A program made the position numbers and the translations under genes. Below the pieces are notes generated by a model. That model ran no database searches and was not told where the DNA came from. It was given only the letters and a program-made list of their open reading frames with translations. Positions 29,453 to 38,589 of a stretch of DNA of 64,000 nucleotides are shown here, in pieces (position 1 is the stretch's first letter; each line of letters opens with the position of its first letter). This DNA is from Candidatus Nanoarchaeia archaeon (lineage in GTDB: Archaea; Nanobdellota; Nanobdellia; SCGC-AAA011-G17; JAFCDX01), in assembly GCA_028716945.1 (NCBI GenBank), contig JAQUOT010000002.1:194202-258201 (forward strand). The letters are read 5' to 3'.

Positions 29453-30541
29453 CTAATTAAAATACTCAGCTAGGCGTTTGTATTTTTTATTTCTGCTTAT
29501 CTTACCTCTTAATTTTCTTAAAGCTCTTTCTTCAATCTGTCTTATTCTTTCTCTTGAATTACCCATCTCTTTTCCTATTTCTTGTAAAGTACATGCTTCT
29601 TCATCTAAACCAAACCTTCTTCTTATAATTTGTTCTTCTCTAGGAGACAATTGGGATAATAATTCTTTAAGACTATCTTTTACTTCTTGTTTATAGATAA
29701 TTTCATTAACAGAAGGCTGCGGGTCTTTAACTGTATCTATATATTCTGTATCTGTTTCATCAGCAACTAATTCATCCAAAGAAACAACCCTATGCAAACC
29801 ATCTTGCCCCATTAAAAAAATATACAATGCTTCAGCGCTTATATTCATCTTTTTTCTTAGATTATCTAATCTCTTCGGATTTAATTTACTTAATTTTTCT
29901 CTTGTACATAATTTGTGCAATTTTGTTAAGTCTTCACGAAGATAATATGGCAGGACAATTAATCCACTATTTTCATGAGCAGCACGCTTCATTTGTTGAA
30001 TAATCCACCAACCTGAATAAGTGGAAACAGTATTTCCCTTAGTATAATCAAATTTTCCTATACTTTTTAATAAACCTATACTTCCTTCTTGTATAAGATC
30101 TACAAATTCCATATAAGGAGGCCTGTGTCTTTCAATAGCAGCCAATTTTACATCGAATCTTAAATTTCTTACAACTAAAAAATTTCTTTTTTCTAAGGCT
30201 TTTTTATGAAGTTCTCTTATTTTTTCTTTTGTTGTATATAACCTTTTTTTATTCAATCCATATTCTTTTATTTTTTCTTTATTATTACATAATTCATAAA
30301 AGTCTACCAAAAATTTGTCTAATAGATTATAATTTATTGTTGCTTTGTTATCATCCACTAAACTATTTAAAGTTCCATTAAGTTTGTTAACTAATTGGGG
30401 GTATTTGTTTAAAGTTTTTAAAATTCTTACTTTAATATCTTCAAATTCTTTAAAGTGTTGTGTATGCTCCTCTCTGGTTAAAACAGGTATATTTTTTATC
30501 TGTTCATACAAGAGATTTATTTGTGGGATGTATCCTGGCAT
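29453..30541 (-). CDS. sigma-70 family RNA polymerase sigma factor (bacterial type)
   Basis: Region 2 (DLIQEGSIGLLKSIGKFDY...STYSGWWIIQQMKRA) and region 4.2 (LQEIGKEMGNSRERIRQIEERALRKLR) both present. Confidence 0.85.
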   Translation of the reverse strand: MPGYIPQINLLYEQIKNIPVLTREEHTQHFKEFEDIKVRILKTLNKYPQLVNKLNGTLNSLVDDNKATINYNLLDKFLVDFYELCNNKEKIKEYGLNKKRLYTTKEKIRELHKKALEKRNFLVVRNLRFDVKLAAIERHRPPYMEFVDLIQEGSIGLLKSIGKFDYTKGNTVSTYSGWWIIQQMKRAAHENSGLIVLPYYLREDLTKLHKLCTREKLSKLNPKRLDNLRKKMNISAEALYIFLMGQDGLHRVVSLDELVADETDTEYIDTVKDPQPSVNEIIYKQEVKDSLKELLSQLSPREEQIIRRRFGLDEEACTLQEIGKEMGNSRERIRQIEERALRKLRGKISRNKKYKRLAEYFN

Positions 30542-30564
30542 TTTAATAAAAAAGCATAAAAAAT

Positions 30565-30572
30565 TATTTAAA
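30565..30572 (-). promoter_or_regulatory. TATA-like box (TTTAAATA on the minus strand) ~27 nt upstream of the sigma-factor ATG
   Basis: Sequence and spacing typical of archaeal leaderless promoters. Confidence 0.3.
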
Positions 30573-30782
30573 ACTATCTAAAGTAGGAGATTTTGGGTTA
30601 AAAGGAATTGGCTTTGGATTAGCATTATTACTAAATTTAGCCCACTTGATTTAAAAAATAAACTAGGGATAACAAAAGAAAAACTTGAATTTATATTAAA
30701 GAAATTAGAAAAAAGACAAGTTATAAAAGAACGTGAAGGACAAAATCCACAAATATTCTTTAATGATTGGTTAAAATAAGAA

Positions 30783-31247
30783 TTATTTTTGTACAACTTC
30801 TGTTGGTTGAACTTTTGCTTCAAGACTTTCAGTAATATGTTTCTCTACAACTCTTTTTTCTGCATTATTATAAACAAATCTTCCAATTTCATAAGCTCCA
30901 GAAATTACATTTGTTACAATAGGGAGTAATAAAAATTCAGGATAATCGTTTCCAACCCAACTATATAAATCGAGTTGAATAGGCAAAGATAAAAACCCTA
31001 TTGTTGCACCAAGTATAGTTGCTGAATCTTCAAGAGTACCATAATCTTCAAGTTTTTTCTTTTTGTTTGATCTCCCTATAATAGCCCTAGGAATAATATA
31101 AGGTATAACATGTACTATAGCCGCAGCTCCTAAAAAATTTTTAGATAAAACTTTTAAAGATTTATAAACTTCAACAAATTCATTTTCGGTATTATTACAA
31201 ACTTCTTTTAATACTTCTTTCTTTGTAAGTTTATATGTTTCTACCAT
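30783..31247 (-). CDS. hypothetical protein (possible membrane protein)
   Basis: 154-aa ORF downstream of RpoK. Confidence 0.4.
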   Translation of the reverse strand: MVETYKLTKKEVLKEVCNNTENEFVEVYKSLKVLSKNFLGAAAIVHVIPYIIPRAIIGRSNKKKKLEDYGTLEDSATILGATIGFLSLPIQLDLYSWVGNDYPEFLLLPIVTNVISGAYEIGRFVYNNAEKRVVEKHITESLEAKVQPTEVVQK

Positions 31248-31326
31248 CCTTAATAAAGATAAATATTAATTTATAAATCTTTCTATATGTAACTACTTTA
31301 AAGTTGTTAGAAATAAAAAAAGAAAT

Positions 31327-31542
31327 TTATTCTGTTCTTGGAGGTAAAGGCCTTTTAATAGTAATAGGTAAAATACCTTTAGTTAGCTCTAATTTAGCTA
31401 TTTCTATAGGATTATAGTTTAACTTGTCAAGTTCTTCAGGCTTTAATTTAAGTAACAAAGGAGCACCCATTGCTATTTGTAAAGCTCTTGCTCCAATTAT
31501 TCTTGCTACTTCATATTTTGTAAACTTGAATTCTTTTTCCAT
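31327..31542 (-). CDS. rpoK: DNA-directed RNA polymerase subunit K (Rpo6)
   Basis: ARIIGARALQIAMGAP motif. 71 aa. Confidence 0.75.
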   Translation of the reverse strand: MEKEFKFTKYEVARIIGARALQIAMGAPLLLKLKPEELDKLNYNPIEIAKLELTKGILPITIKRPLPPRTE

Positions 31543-31576
31543 ATCTTTACCTATTTCTTACTATTTTTAAAGGTTG

Positions 31577-32338
31577 TTATTTCTTTAATAGTTTCCTTAG
31601 CTCTTCTGTTTTTTTAACAGCTAAGTCAACCATTTCCTCTATTTCTTTGTCTGTTAATGCTTGATCTCCACCTTTTTGCATAGCACATAATTGTTTACCA
31701 ATTGTAGCTATAGTCAATCTTGCATCTGCTGCTTTTTCTTCTTCTCTGCTTGGATCTATAAACAGATGGTTGTCAATTTTAACAACAGTGCATTCAACAG
31801 GCACTTTGGATAAAGGAATACCTTTACTAGTTTTTTTAGTGTAATCTACTTTTTCATCTTTGTATTCTGGTAATTTAGCATCTTGTAATGCTGCAATTCC
31901 AGCCAAAGCTGCTGCATCAAATAAGTTTCCATCATCATTCATTGGATAAATATCTAATAATACCATCCAAACTTTTTCTCCTTTTTTAATGCATAATTTT
32001 TTAGTATCTATTGTACCAGATTCTCTAATACCTCTATCAACAACTCTTGATAATTCTATAGCTTCTATAGAAGGTGGACCAGATTCAAAATCTGGATTTG
32101 CCAAAGGTAATAATTCTGAATTAACCATTAAAACTCCATCGTCTGGAGTATCTGGAAAAGGTGTACCTACTTCCATTTTAACACCAGCTAATACAACAGT
32201 TTTTCCCATCGTAACTCTTGCAGAACCTTCTGCATTTTCTAATGGACTATATTCAACTTTTACTGGTCTGTATTCATCAAATTTTCTGTTATCTAATCTA
32301 AATCCTTTTTCTGCTAAAGTATGTACGTGTGATTTCAT
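31577..32338 (-). CDS. rrp42: exosome complex RNase PH-like subunit Rrp42
   Basis: RNase PH fold pattern. Overlaps rrp41 by 4 nt. Confidence 0.8.
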   Translation of the reverse strand: MKSHVHTLAEKGFRLDNRKFDEYRPVKVEYSPLENAEGSARVTMGKTVVLAGVKMEVGTPFPDTPDDGVLMVNSELLPLANPDFESGPPSIEAIELSRVVDRGIRESGTIDTKKLCIKKGEKVWMVLLDIYPMNDDGNLFDAAALAGIAALQDAKLPEYKDEKVDYTKKTSKGIPLSKVPVECTVVKIDNHLFIDPSREEEKAADARLTIATIGKQLCAMQKGGDQALTDKEIEEMVDLAVKKTEELRKLLKK

Positions 32339-33021
32339 TTTCCGTATTTCTCCCTTAAAGCTTTTTTCTGTACTTCATATACTTTTTCACAAGCTTTTTT
32401 TCCTATTTTCATAAATTCTTTTATGTCGTCTTTTTCTACAATACCATCCATTTGCATTAAAGTTATTGCTCCAGTTCTAGGCATCATAGCTATTGGAAAA
32501 TCAACACCTTCTTCTGCTGAATCTTCTTCATAATTTAAATCTGCAATAAAATCACCTTTGAATTTTCCAGCAGAAACAGCTGAAACTAAATCTCTCATTG
32601 GTATTCCTGCATCTGCAAGAGCCATTGCTGCAGCGCTAATTCCTGCACATCTTGTTCCAGCATCTGTATTTATCAATTCAACATAAACATCTACTACTGC
32701 ATTTGGAAATGCTGATAAATCCACAGCAGGTAATAATGCTTTTTCTGTTACTAAAGATATTTCTCTTGATCTTCTAGATGGACCTGGTCTAACTCTTTCT
32801 CCACCGCTGGAAAAAGATATCATATTATAATTGCATCTCAAAACTCCAACTTCTGGATTTTGTAAATATGCTTGGAAATCTCTAGGACCATAGACTGCTG
32901 CAATTGCTGTTGTTTTTCCAATTTTGAACATAGCTGAACCAGCTGCGTTTGGAATAACTCCAACTTTTGCTTCCATCTTTCTTAATTCGTCAAATTTTCT
33001 TCCATCAATTCTCTTTACCAT
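32335..33021 (-). CDS. rrp41: exosome complex exonuclease Rrp41
   Basis: GRKFDELR...GSAMFKIGKTTAIAAVYGP is the RNase PH catalytic-subunit pattern. Confidence 0.88.
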   Translation of the reverse strand: MVKRIDGRKFDELRKMEAKVGVIPNAAGSAMFKIGKTTAIAAVYGPRDFQAYLQNPEVGVLRCNYNMISFSSGGERVRPGPSRRSREISLVTEKALLPAVDLSAFPNAVVDVYVELINTDAGTRCAGISAAAMALADAGIPMRDLVSAVSAGKFKGDFIADLNYEEDSAEEGVDFPIAMMPRTGAITLMQMDGIVEKDDIKEFMKIGKKACEKVYEVQKKALREKYGK

Positions 33022-33023
33022 TT

Positions 33024-33788
33024 TTATTTCTCCTTCTTCTTGGATTCTTTTTCTTCTTTAACTTCTTCTTTTTTCTCTTCAACTTTTTTTTCTTTTTTGA
33101 TTCCAAGTTTATCATTTAAATATTTTTCAATACTATCAGTAAGACCTTCGGATTGGCTTTCTTTGTCTATAATATCAATAGCATCTACTGCTACTTTTTC
33201 CTTAATAGGATCTAATCCTGATATCCAAACATTTCCGTTTTGTCCTACCAAAATTCTTGTTTCTGTCTTTTCTTTAATCATAGTTATCATAGAACCTTGT
33301 TTTCCAATTAATCTTGGAACTTTTGAAGGTGTAATTTGTATCATTCTTCCTTCTGTAAGTTTTCTTAATCCAGGACCTTTCATTCCTAAATCAATAACTT
33401 TGGATCCAGATACATTTACAATTCTTACCATTAATATATCTCCAATATTATAAAATTGTGTTAAGTCTGTTCCACGTTCTATAAATTCTTGTGTTGCGTC
33501 TTTCAAAGATAACATTGCCTGATAAGCCCATCTGATATCTACTCTCCATCCCCAAGGGCCAATATCAACAACTTTTCCAATAACAACATCGTCCCTTCTT
33601 GGTATGTAAGGACCTGTTAAAGGAATTATTTTTATTAATCTTCCATTAAGGTTTACTAAACCTACCATAGAAGAAATTATATTATCTTCTTCTCTAAATG
33701 TTCCATGAGCAGGTAAAAAATCCATACCTTTTGCTAAAATTTGCCCAGGAATCACTACTTCTTTTTCCTGTACTAGTAATTCTGACAT
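33024..33788 (-). CDS. rrp4: exosome RNA-binding subunit Rrp4 (S1 + KH), Lys/Glu-rich C-terminal tail
   Basis: S1 and KH (LIGKQGSMI) motifs. Confidence 0.85.
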   Translation of the reverse strand: MSELLVQEKEVVIPGQILAKGMDFLPAHGTFREEDNIISSMVGLVNLNGRLIKIIPLTGPYIPRRDDVVIGKVVDIGPWGWRVDIRWAYQAMLSLKDATQEFIERGTDLTQFYNIGDILMVRIVNVSGSKVIDLGMKGPGLRKLTEGRMIQITPSKVPRLIGKQGSMITMIKEKTETRILVGQNGNVWISGLDPIKEKVAVDAIDIIDKESQSEGLTDSIEKYLNDKLGIKKEKKVEEKKEEVKEEKESKKKEK

Positions 33789-33803
33789 TTTTTCATTTCT
33801 CCT

Positions 33804-34505
33804 TTAAAATTTTCTGACTATATCAACGACAACTTGTCCATGTGTTGCCTTGTTTAGAGCATCTAATAAATCTTCTTGCATTCCTGCTGGAATTTCAAGA
33901 GATACTTTCAATGATCCATCATTTTCATAGTTTTCTTTTATTAATTTACCGAACATTTTTAATGTACCATATGTTTTACCAACATGTTCTGGTTTTATTT
34001 TTATGGACAATTCTCTTTTTTCATATTTTATTGGTAAAATCTCTCTTAATTGTTTTATTACGTCTTCAACCTGTCCTTCAGCGGTTTTAGTTGCATTAAT
34101 ATTTACTCTAGCTTCTTTCATTGCCATTTCAATTCTTGCTGTAGGATGAGGAAATCCAGTTTTTGAGTCTACTGTATTTTTATGAATAATATCTACTATT
34201 CTTTTTTTCTTTTCGTCTTGTAGTTTATTTTTGTGTTCTGTAGTTAATTGTATTTCTCCTTCTCTTACTATACGTTCAATTATTGCATTTTTATCTGTTG
34301 TTTTGAAAACAGCTTGCAGTTCCTTTTCAGGACTGTGCTCTGCTTGCTTAACATCAGAGAAAACATCATCGGTTACTAAAACTTCAGATATATTTTTTAT
34401 TTTTCCTTCTCTAAATAGAATTGCTTTGTCGCAATCTACTAATATTTCAAAGGTTTTTCCTTCACGTTTAAAACGTGCAATAACTGAACTTTCAATATTC
34501 GTCAT
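33804..34505 (-). CDS. sdo1: ribosome maturation protein SBDS/Sdo1
   Basis: SBDS N-terminal FYSN-like domain pattern. Located in the superoperon. Confidence 0.8.
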   Translation of the reverse strand: MTNIESSVIARFKREGKTFEILVDCDKAILFREGKIKNISEVLVTDDVFSDVKQAEHSPEKELQAVFKTTDKNAIIERIVREGEIQLTTEHKNKLQDEKKKRIVDIIHKNTVDSKTGFPHPTARIEMAMKEARVNINATKTAEGQVEDVIKQLREILPIKYEKRELSIKIKPEHVGKTYGTLKMFGKLIKENYENDGSLKVSLEIPAGMQEDLLDALNKATHGQVVVDIVRKF

Positions 34506-34513
34506 TTTTACAA

Positions 34514-35227
34514 TTAATTATTATATTTTTTTAAGTCTGGAACATCTAATCTTACAAATTTCTTATCTGCAGATTTTATATAAGCTCCATCTATTCTTGC
34601 TAAATCAAAATCTTTATTCAAGACTTTTTTAAGCATTTTTATTGTTAATTTTATTCCTTCTTCTATTGTTATGTTGTCTTTGTATTCTTTATCAAGCATT
34701 TCTTTTATTTCAACTTCTGCTTCTCCAATTGCTGTTGCTTTGTATTGGAAAAATATTCCAGTAACATCAGTCAAGAATAATCTTGGTTCACTTTCATCTA
34801 TTCCACCAAAAATTATTGAAACTCCAAATGGTCTTCCTCCACCATATTGTGTATATGCTTGTTTTACATTACAAATTTCTTTTACTAAAGTCATTGTATC
34901 AATAGGATTGTCATAAGTAACTTTGTGCTGCTGAGCTAATAATTGAGCTCTTTCAATTAATATTCTTGCATCGCTAATAATACCGGATGCACCTGCTGCA
35001 ATATGATCATCTACTTGGAAAATTTTCTCAATAGATTTTGCAACTATGAACTTGTCAAAAATTCTTTTGTCAGCCATTATTAAAACACCATCTTTACATA
35101 CTAGACCAACTGTTGTACTTCCTTGTTTTACTGTTTTTTTTGCGTATTCTGCTTGTAATAATCTTCCATCTGGACTAAACATAGCACTTCTATCATATCC
35201 CATCATTTGTGACATATTTGTTTGCAT
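34514..35227 (-). CDS. psmA: proteasome alpha subunit
   Basis: YDRSAMFSPDGRLLQAEYA N-terminal signature. Confidence 0.9.
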   Translation of the reverse strand: MQTNMSQMMGYDRSAMFSPDGRLLQAEYAKKTVKQGSTTVGLVCKDGVLIMADKRIFDKFIVAKSIEKIFQVDDHIAAGASGIISDARILIERAQLLAQQHKVTYDNPIDTMTLVKEICNVKQAYTQYGGGRPFGVSIIFGGIDESEPRLFLTDVTGIFFQYKATAIGEAEVEIKEMLDKEYKDNITIEEGIKLTIKMLKKVLNKDFDLARIDGAYIKSADKKFVRLDVPDLKKYNN

Positions 35228-35239
35228 TTTATTCCTCCT

Positions 35240-35590
35240 TTAATTTAGATATCTAAATTTTGCTTTTTTTAATATTCCTGAAACACCAAGGCATTTAACA
35301 ATTACCTTTTTGTTATTTATTTCTTTTATTAAAGAAAAACAAGATTTGAGAGCGTCAGTATATTTATTATTAACAAACATAATACCTTTAGAAGTATTAT
35401 TTTGTGTTTTCCAGTCTTCTAACATTATTAAATTAGCTTTTGCCAATCCAAATTTCCCGTAATATTCTTTGTAAGTTTCCATTATTGTATTTTCAGCGCT
35501 AGCTTTATTAATTGGGCTTTCAGATATAACCTCGAAAGCAACATACCTCTTCTTTTCTCTTAAGCTAGGCATTAAAGCTTTTAACTTCAT
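35240..35590 (-). CDS. rnp2: RNase P protein component 2 (Pop5/Rpp14)
   Basis: LREKKRYVAFEVISE motif. First gene of the superoperon. Confidence 0.7.
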   Translation of the reverse strand: MKLKALMPSLREKKRYVAFEVISESPINKASAENTIMETYKEYYGKFGLAKANLIMLEDWKTQNNTSKGIMFVNNKYTDALKSCFSLIKEINNKKVIVKCLGVSGILKKAKFRYLN

Positions 35591-35732
35591 TTTATCAAGT
35601 TTTTAGGAGAATTAAACAATTATTTTTTCAAAATCTTCTCCATCTCTCGCATATACTCTAAAATATACTTATATTTAAATTTTGTGTATTTTATAGAAAT
35701 AAGTTTATATATTAAGAAATTTACTTAAATAT

Positions 35733-36485
35733 ATGATTTCGGGTGTTATATGGTTATACAGCTTAGTTAGCGTATTAATTATTAGCTTGATTTCTTTAAT
35801 AGGTATTTTTTCTTTGAAAATAAAAATTGAAAAATTAAAGCAAATTTTGATTTATTTCATAAGTTTTTCAGCAGGAGCTTTGTTAGGAGATGCATTTATA
35901 CATTTAATTCCAAGTTTGTTCAAAGAAAGTTCTGCTATAATTTCTGCTTTAACTATTTTACTAGGAATAATCTTATTTTTTATTCTAGAAAAAGTAATAC
36001 ATTGGAGACATTGTCATATACCAATTACAAAAGAGCACGTGCATCCTTTAGCTTATATGAATTTAGTTGGAGATTCTTTACATAATTTCATTGATGGATT
36101 AATTATAGCAGGATCTTATTTAATTAATATTCAAGTTGGAATTGCAACAACTCTTGCAGTTATATTACATGAAATTCCACAAGAAATAGGAGACTTTGGA
36201 GTTTTACTACATGCAGGATTAAAAAGAACAAAAGCATTATTTTTAAATTTTGTAACAGGTTTAACAGCAATACTAGGAACAATAATTGCTTTAATATTAA
36301 CTAATTATATTTCAAATTTGCAATTTTATATAACCGGAATTGCAATTGGTGGATTTATTTATATTGCAGGAAGTGATTTAATTCCAGAAATGCACAAAGA
36401 AGTTAAATTAGAAAAATCAATTTTACAATTAGTATTTTTAATTCTAGGAATTTTAGTAATGTTAAGTTTATTATTGTTAGAATAA
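35733..36485 (+). CDS. ZIP family metal (zinc) transporter
   Basis: HEIPQEIGDFGVLL motif. Eight TM helices. Confidence 0.85.
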   Translation: MISGVIWLYSLVSVLIISLISLIGIFSLKIKIEKLKQILIYFISFSAGALLGDAFIHLIPSLFKESSAIISALTILLGIILFFILEKVIHWRHCHIPITKEHVHPLAYMNLVGDSLHNFIDGLIIAGSYLINIQVGIATTLAVILHEIPQEIGDFGVLLHAGLKRTKALFLNFVTGLTAILGTIIALILTNYISNLQFYITGIAIGGFIYIAGSDLIPEMHKEVKLEKSILQLVFLILGILVMLSLLLLE

Positions 36486-36492
36486 ATAAATT

Positions 36493-36930
36493 TTATTTCT
36501 CTTTTTCTAAAGGATAATTGTCACATATTCTAGATATTTCATCTATAACTTGCTGAGAAGTAACTATAAAATCATGGTCTGTATCTAAATCTCTAAGTTT
36601 ATCAGTTAGTTCATCTTTATATTTAGCAATATTATTTAAATCAAATTTTTTGGTTTTAGAAACACCACAATTACCTTTACCATAATTATGAAACATCGCA
36701 TCTCCATCTTTTACAGCCTGCATTACAAATAAATGTTCAGCCCCCATAAAATCAGTTTCATAAGGACCTAATTTGCAAACATAATCCGATTTTAATATCT
36801 TGGTAGCTCTTAAGCTAGGCTCATATTTACAGACATCTTCTATACTCTGTACAGTGGGTTTAGAACAACTAATTAGACCTGTTGCAATAATTAATCCTGT
36901 TATAAAATTCCTTAAAGTTTTATATACCAT
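36493..36930 (-). CDS. small lipoprotein (lipobox LISC)
   Basis: Signal sequence ending GLISCSK. Confidence 0.45.
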   Translation of the reverse strand: MVYKTLRNFITGLIIATGLISCSKPTVQSIEDVCKYEPSLRATKILKSDYVCKLGPYETDFMGAEHLFVMQAVKDGDAMFHNYGKGNCGVSKTKKFDLNNIAKYKDELTDKLRDLDTDHDFIVTSQQVIDEISRICDNYPLEKEK

Positions 36931-36977
36931 TTTAACCCCAGAAAAGTAGTCAATAATCTAATATTTAAATGTTTTGG

Positions 36978-37484
36978 TTAAAACTGATACAATTCTAGAT
37001 AATTTTTAACTTCATCCATCATATCATATAAGTCATTATACAAATCAATTTTATATTCATCTATGTTTTTCTTCATCATGTGTTTTTTATAAATTCTATT
37101 TGTAAGGCTATCATCAGGCCATCTATCATTTGCATTAACAATTAAATACGCACTAAATCTCAATTCCATATCTGCTTTTTTTAATTTTATAGTTTTTCCT
37201 TCTTTTTCAACTTCAACAGGAGTTACTCCTAAAATAAAGAAAGTTACTTCTAAAACTGCAGTACAATAATCACTTACTTCGTTTTTACAAGTCCATTTGA
37301 TTTCAATTTGTTTTCCATTAGGTTTCATTCTTTCAGTATAATTATCTTCATTGAATCCTTCTTTTTCATCACCATAACCTTTAAAATCCAACCAGAATTT
37401 CATTTTTCTATAAAGATCTTCTAAATCAAAAGTTCCAACGAATTTTAACTTTAAACCTTTACCTACAATCTCTTTTTCTGACAT
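36978..37484 (-). CDS. hypothetical protein, paralogue of the downstream neighbour
   Basis: Shared motifs with 37497-37973 (WxEGERE/KWTCKNE...D(Y)...LKVEFF/LEVTFF...W). Confidence 0.5.
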   Translation of the reverse strand: MSEKEIVGKGLKLKFVGTFDLEDLYRKMKFWLDFKGYGDEKEGFNEDNYTERMKPNGKQIEIKWTCKNEVSDYCTAVLEVTFFILGVTPVEVEKEGKTIKLKKADMELRFSAYLIVNANDRWPDDSLTNRIYKKHMMKKNIDEYKIDLYNDLYDMMDEVKNYLELYQF

Positions 37485-37496
37485 CTTTCCTCTTTT

Positions 37497-37973
37497 TTAT
37501 TCTAAATGTTCTTTAGCCATATCATGTAAGGCATATGCATCTGCTTTTAATTTAGCTTCATAAGGCCCTACAATATCCCCTTTAATAATATAATTATTAT
37601 ATAAATACATTAAAAATTTACTTATGGCTGTAGTCTGCCATTTTTTTCTATAATCCAATACTATATGAGCCCAGAAAGTCATTTTAATATTTCCAGTTTC
37701 TCTTCCATCTATTTTCTTTAAACCTTCAACAAAAAATTCTACCTTAAGAAAGAATTTAGTATAATCATCAAACTCTCTTTCTCCTTCCCAAATAATTCTC
37801 ATTTCTTTATAATGGCCTTTATCTTTTTCAGTATGTTCTTTTTCATGGAAATCATATCTATGTTCATCAAACCAAGCTTTCATATCTTTGTATAATTCAT
37901 TAAACTTAAAGAAACCTTTTTTTCTAATTTGTATTCCATTGCTTGGAAGAACGTTATATTTTGGTTTTATCAT
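37497..37973 (-). CDS. hypothetical protein, paralogue of the upstream neighbour
   Basis: Tandem duplicate of 36978-37484. Confidence 0.5.
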   Translation of the reverse strand: MIKPKYNVLPSNGIQIRKKGFFKFNELYKDMKAWFDEHRYDFHEKEHTEKDKGHYKEMRIIWEGEREFDDYTKFFLKVEFFVEGLKKIDGRETGNIKMTFWAHIVLDYRKKWQTTAISKFLMYLYNNYIIKGDIVGPYEAKLKADAYALHDMAKEHLE

Positions 37974-37995
37974 ATTTTTTATTTAGTTTTATAAT

Positions 37996-38553
37996 TTATA
38001 AATATTCTGCTATTTTGGTTAGAGCTGTTTTTGCTTGTTTTGTATTTAAACCTAAGCTTATTCCCAAAGATTCTAAGTCTTCTGCAGATCTTAGTTCAGA
38101 TTTAGATTTAGCTAAAGTAAATATTAATACAGGCACTTTAAATTTCTTACATAAGCTAATGTTTTGTATTATCTTTTTTAACAAGAAAACATCTGCGTTT
38201 TGTATATAGTCTAAAGAATAACCTATTGAAATATTGTGTTTTTGAGCCAAATCACATAAAATATGATTTAAACCAGAATTTATTCCTTTTACAGTTTCTC
38301 TTTTTTTAGTTTCTGGGTTTAATAAAATATTAACGCTTTTTGAAGATAGAGCAATTCTGTTTAATTCTTCATAACCTCCTTCAACTATCATTAATCCTTT
38401 TTTATTTTTTATATTTTTAGAATTTGTTATTATATCTTCTTTGTTAATAAAAAATACATTAGAAAAACCTAAGGTTCTAGCAAAAGCGATTATATCTTCT
38501 TTATTGGTTTTAATTAAAACTAAATCATACATAATTAATCTAAAATAAGTCAA
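37996..38553 (-). CDS. rnp3: RNase P protein component 3 (Rpp30-like)
   Basis: GLNHILCDLAQKHNISIGYSL resembles the Rpp30 core (GIDHVLAKL..NVALGFSL in Pyrococcus). Confidence 0.55.
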   Translation of the reverse strand: MTYFRLIMYDLVLIKTNKEDIIAFARTLGFSNVFFINKEDIITNSKNIKNKKGLMIVEGGYEELNRIALSSKSVNILLNPETKKRETVKGINSGLNHILCDLAQKHNISIGYSLDYIQNADVFLLKKIIQNISLCKKFKVPVLIFTLAKSKSELRSAEDLESLGISLGLNTKQAKTALTKIAEYL

Positions 38554-38589
38554 ATTAAAAAGGTTTCCATAAGATTTATAAATATATAC

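Noticed and set aside
29453-30541. Reading the whole window as a CPR bacterium because of sigma-70, MscL and Lgt
   Set aside because: Informational genes are unambiguously archaeal: exosome, proteasome alpha, RNase P proteins, RpoK, archaeal ThrRS editing domain, NcsA, class III pilins. The bacterial-type genes are better explained as horizontal acquisitions.
30578-30823. 81-aa minus-strand ORF upstream of the sigma factor gene
   Set aside because: Poor composition. The plus strand here encodes a clean winged-helix-like peptide (30578-30778) that lacks an ATG/GTG/TTG start. It may be a fragment or use a non-canonical start, so neither is annotated as a gene.
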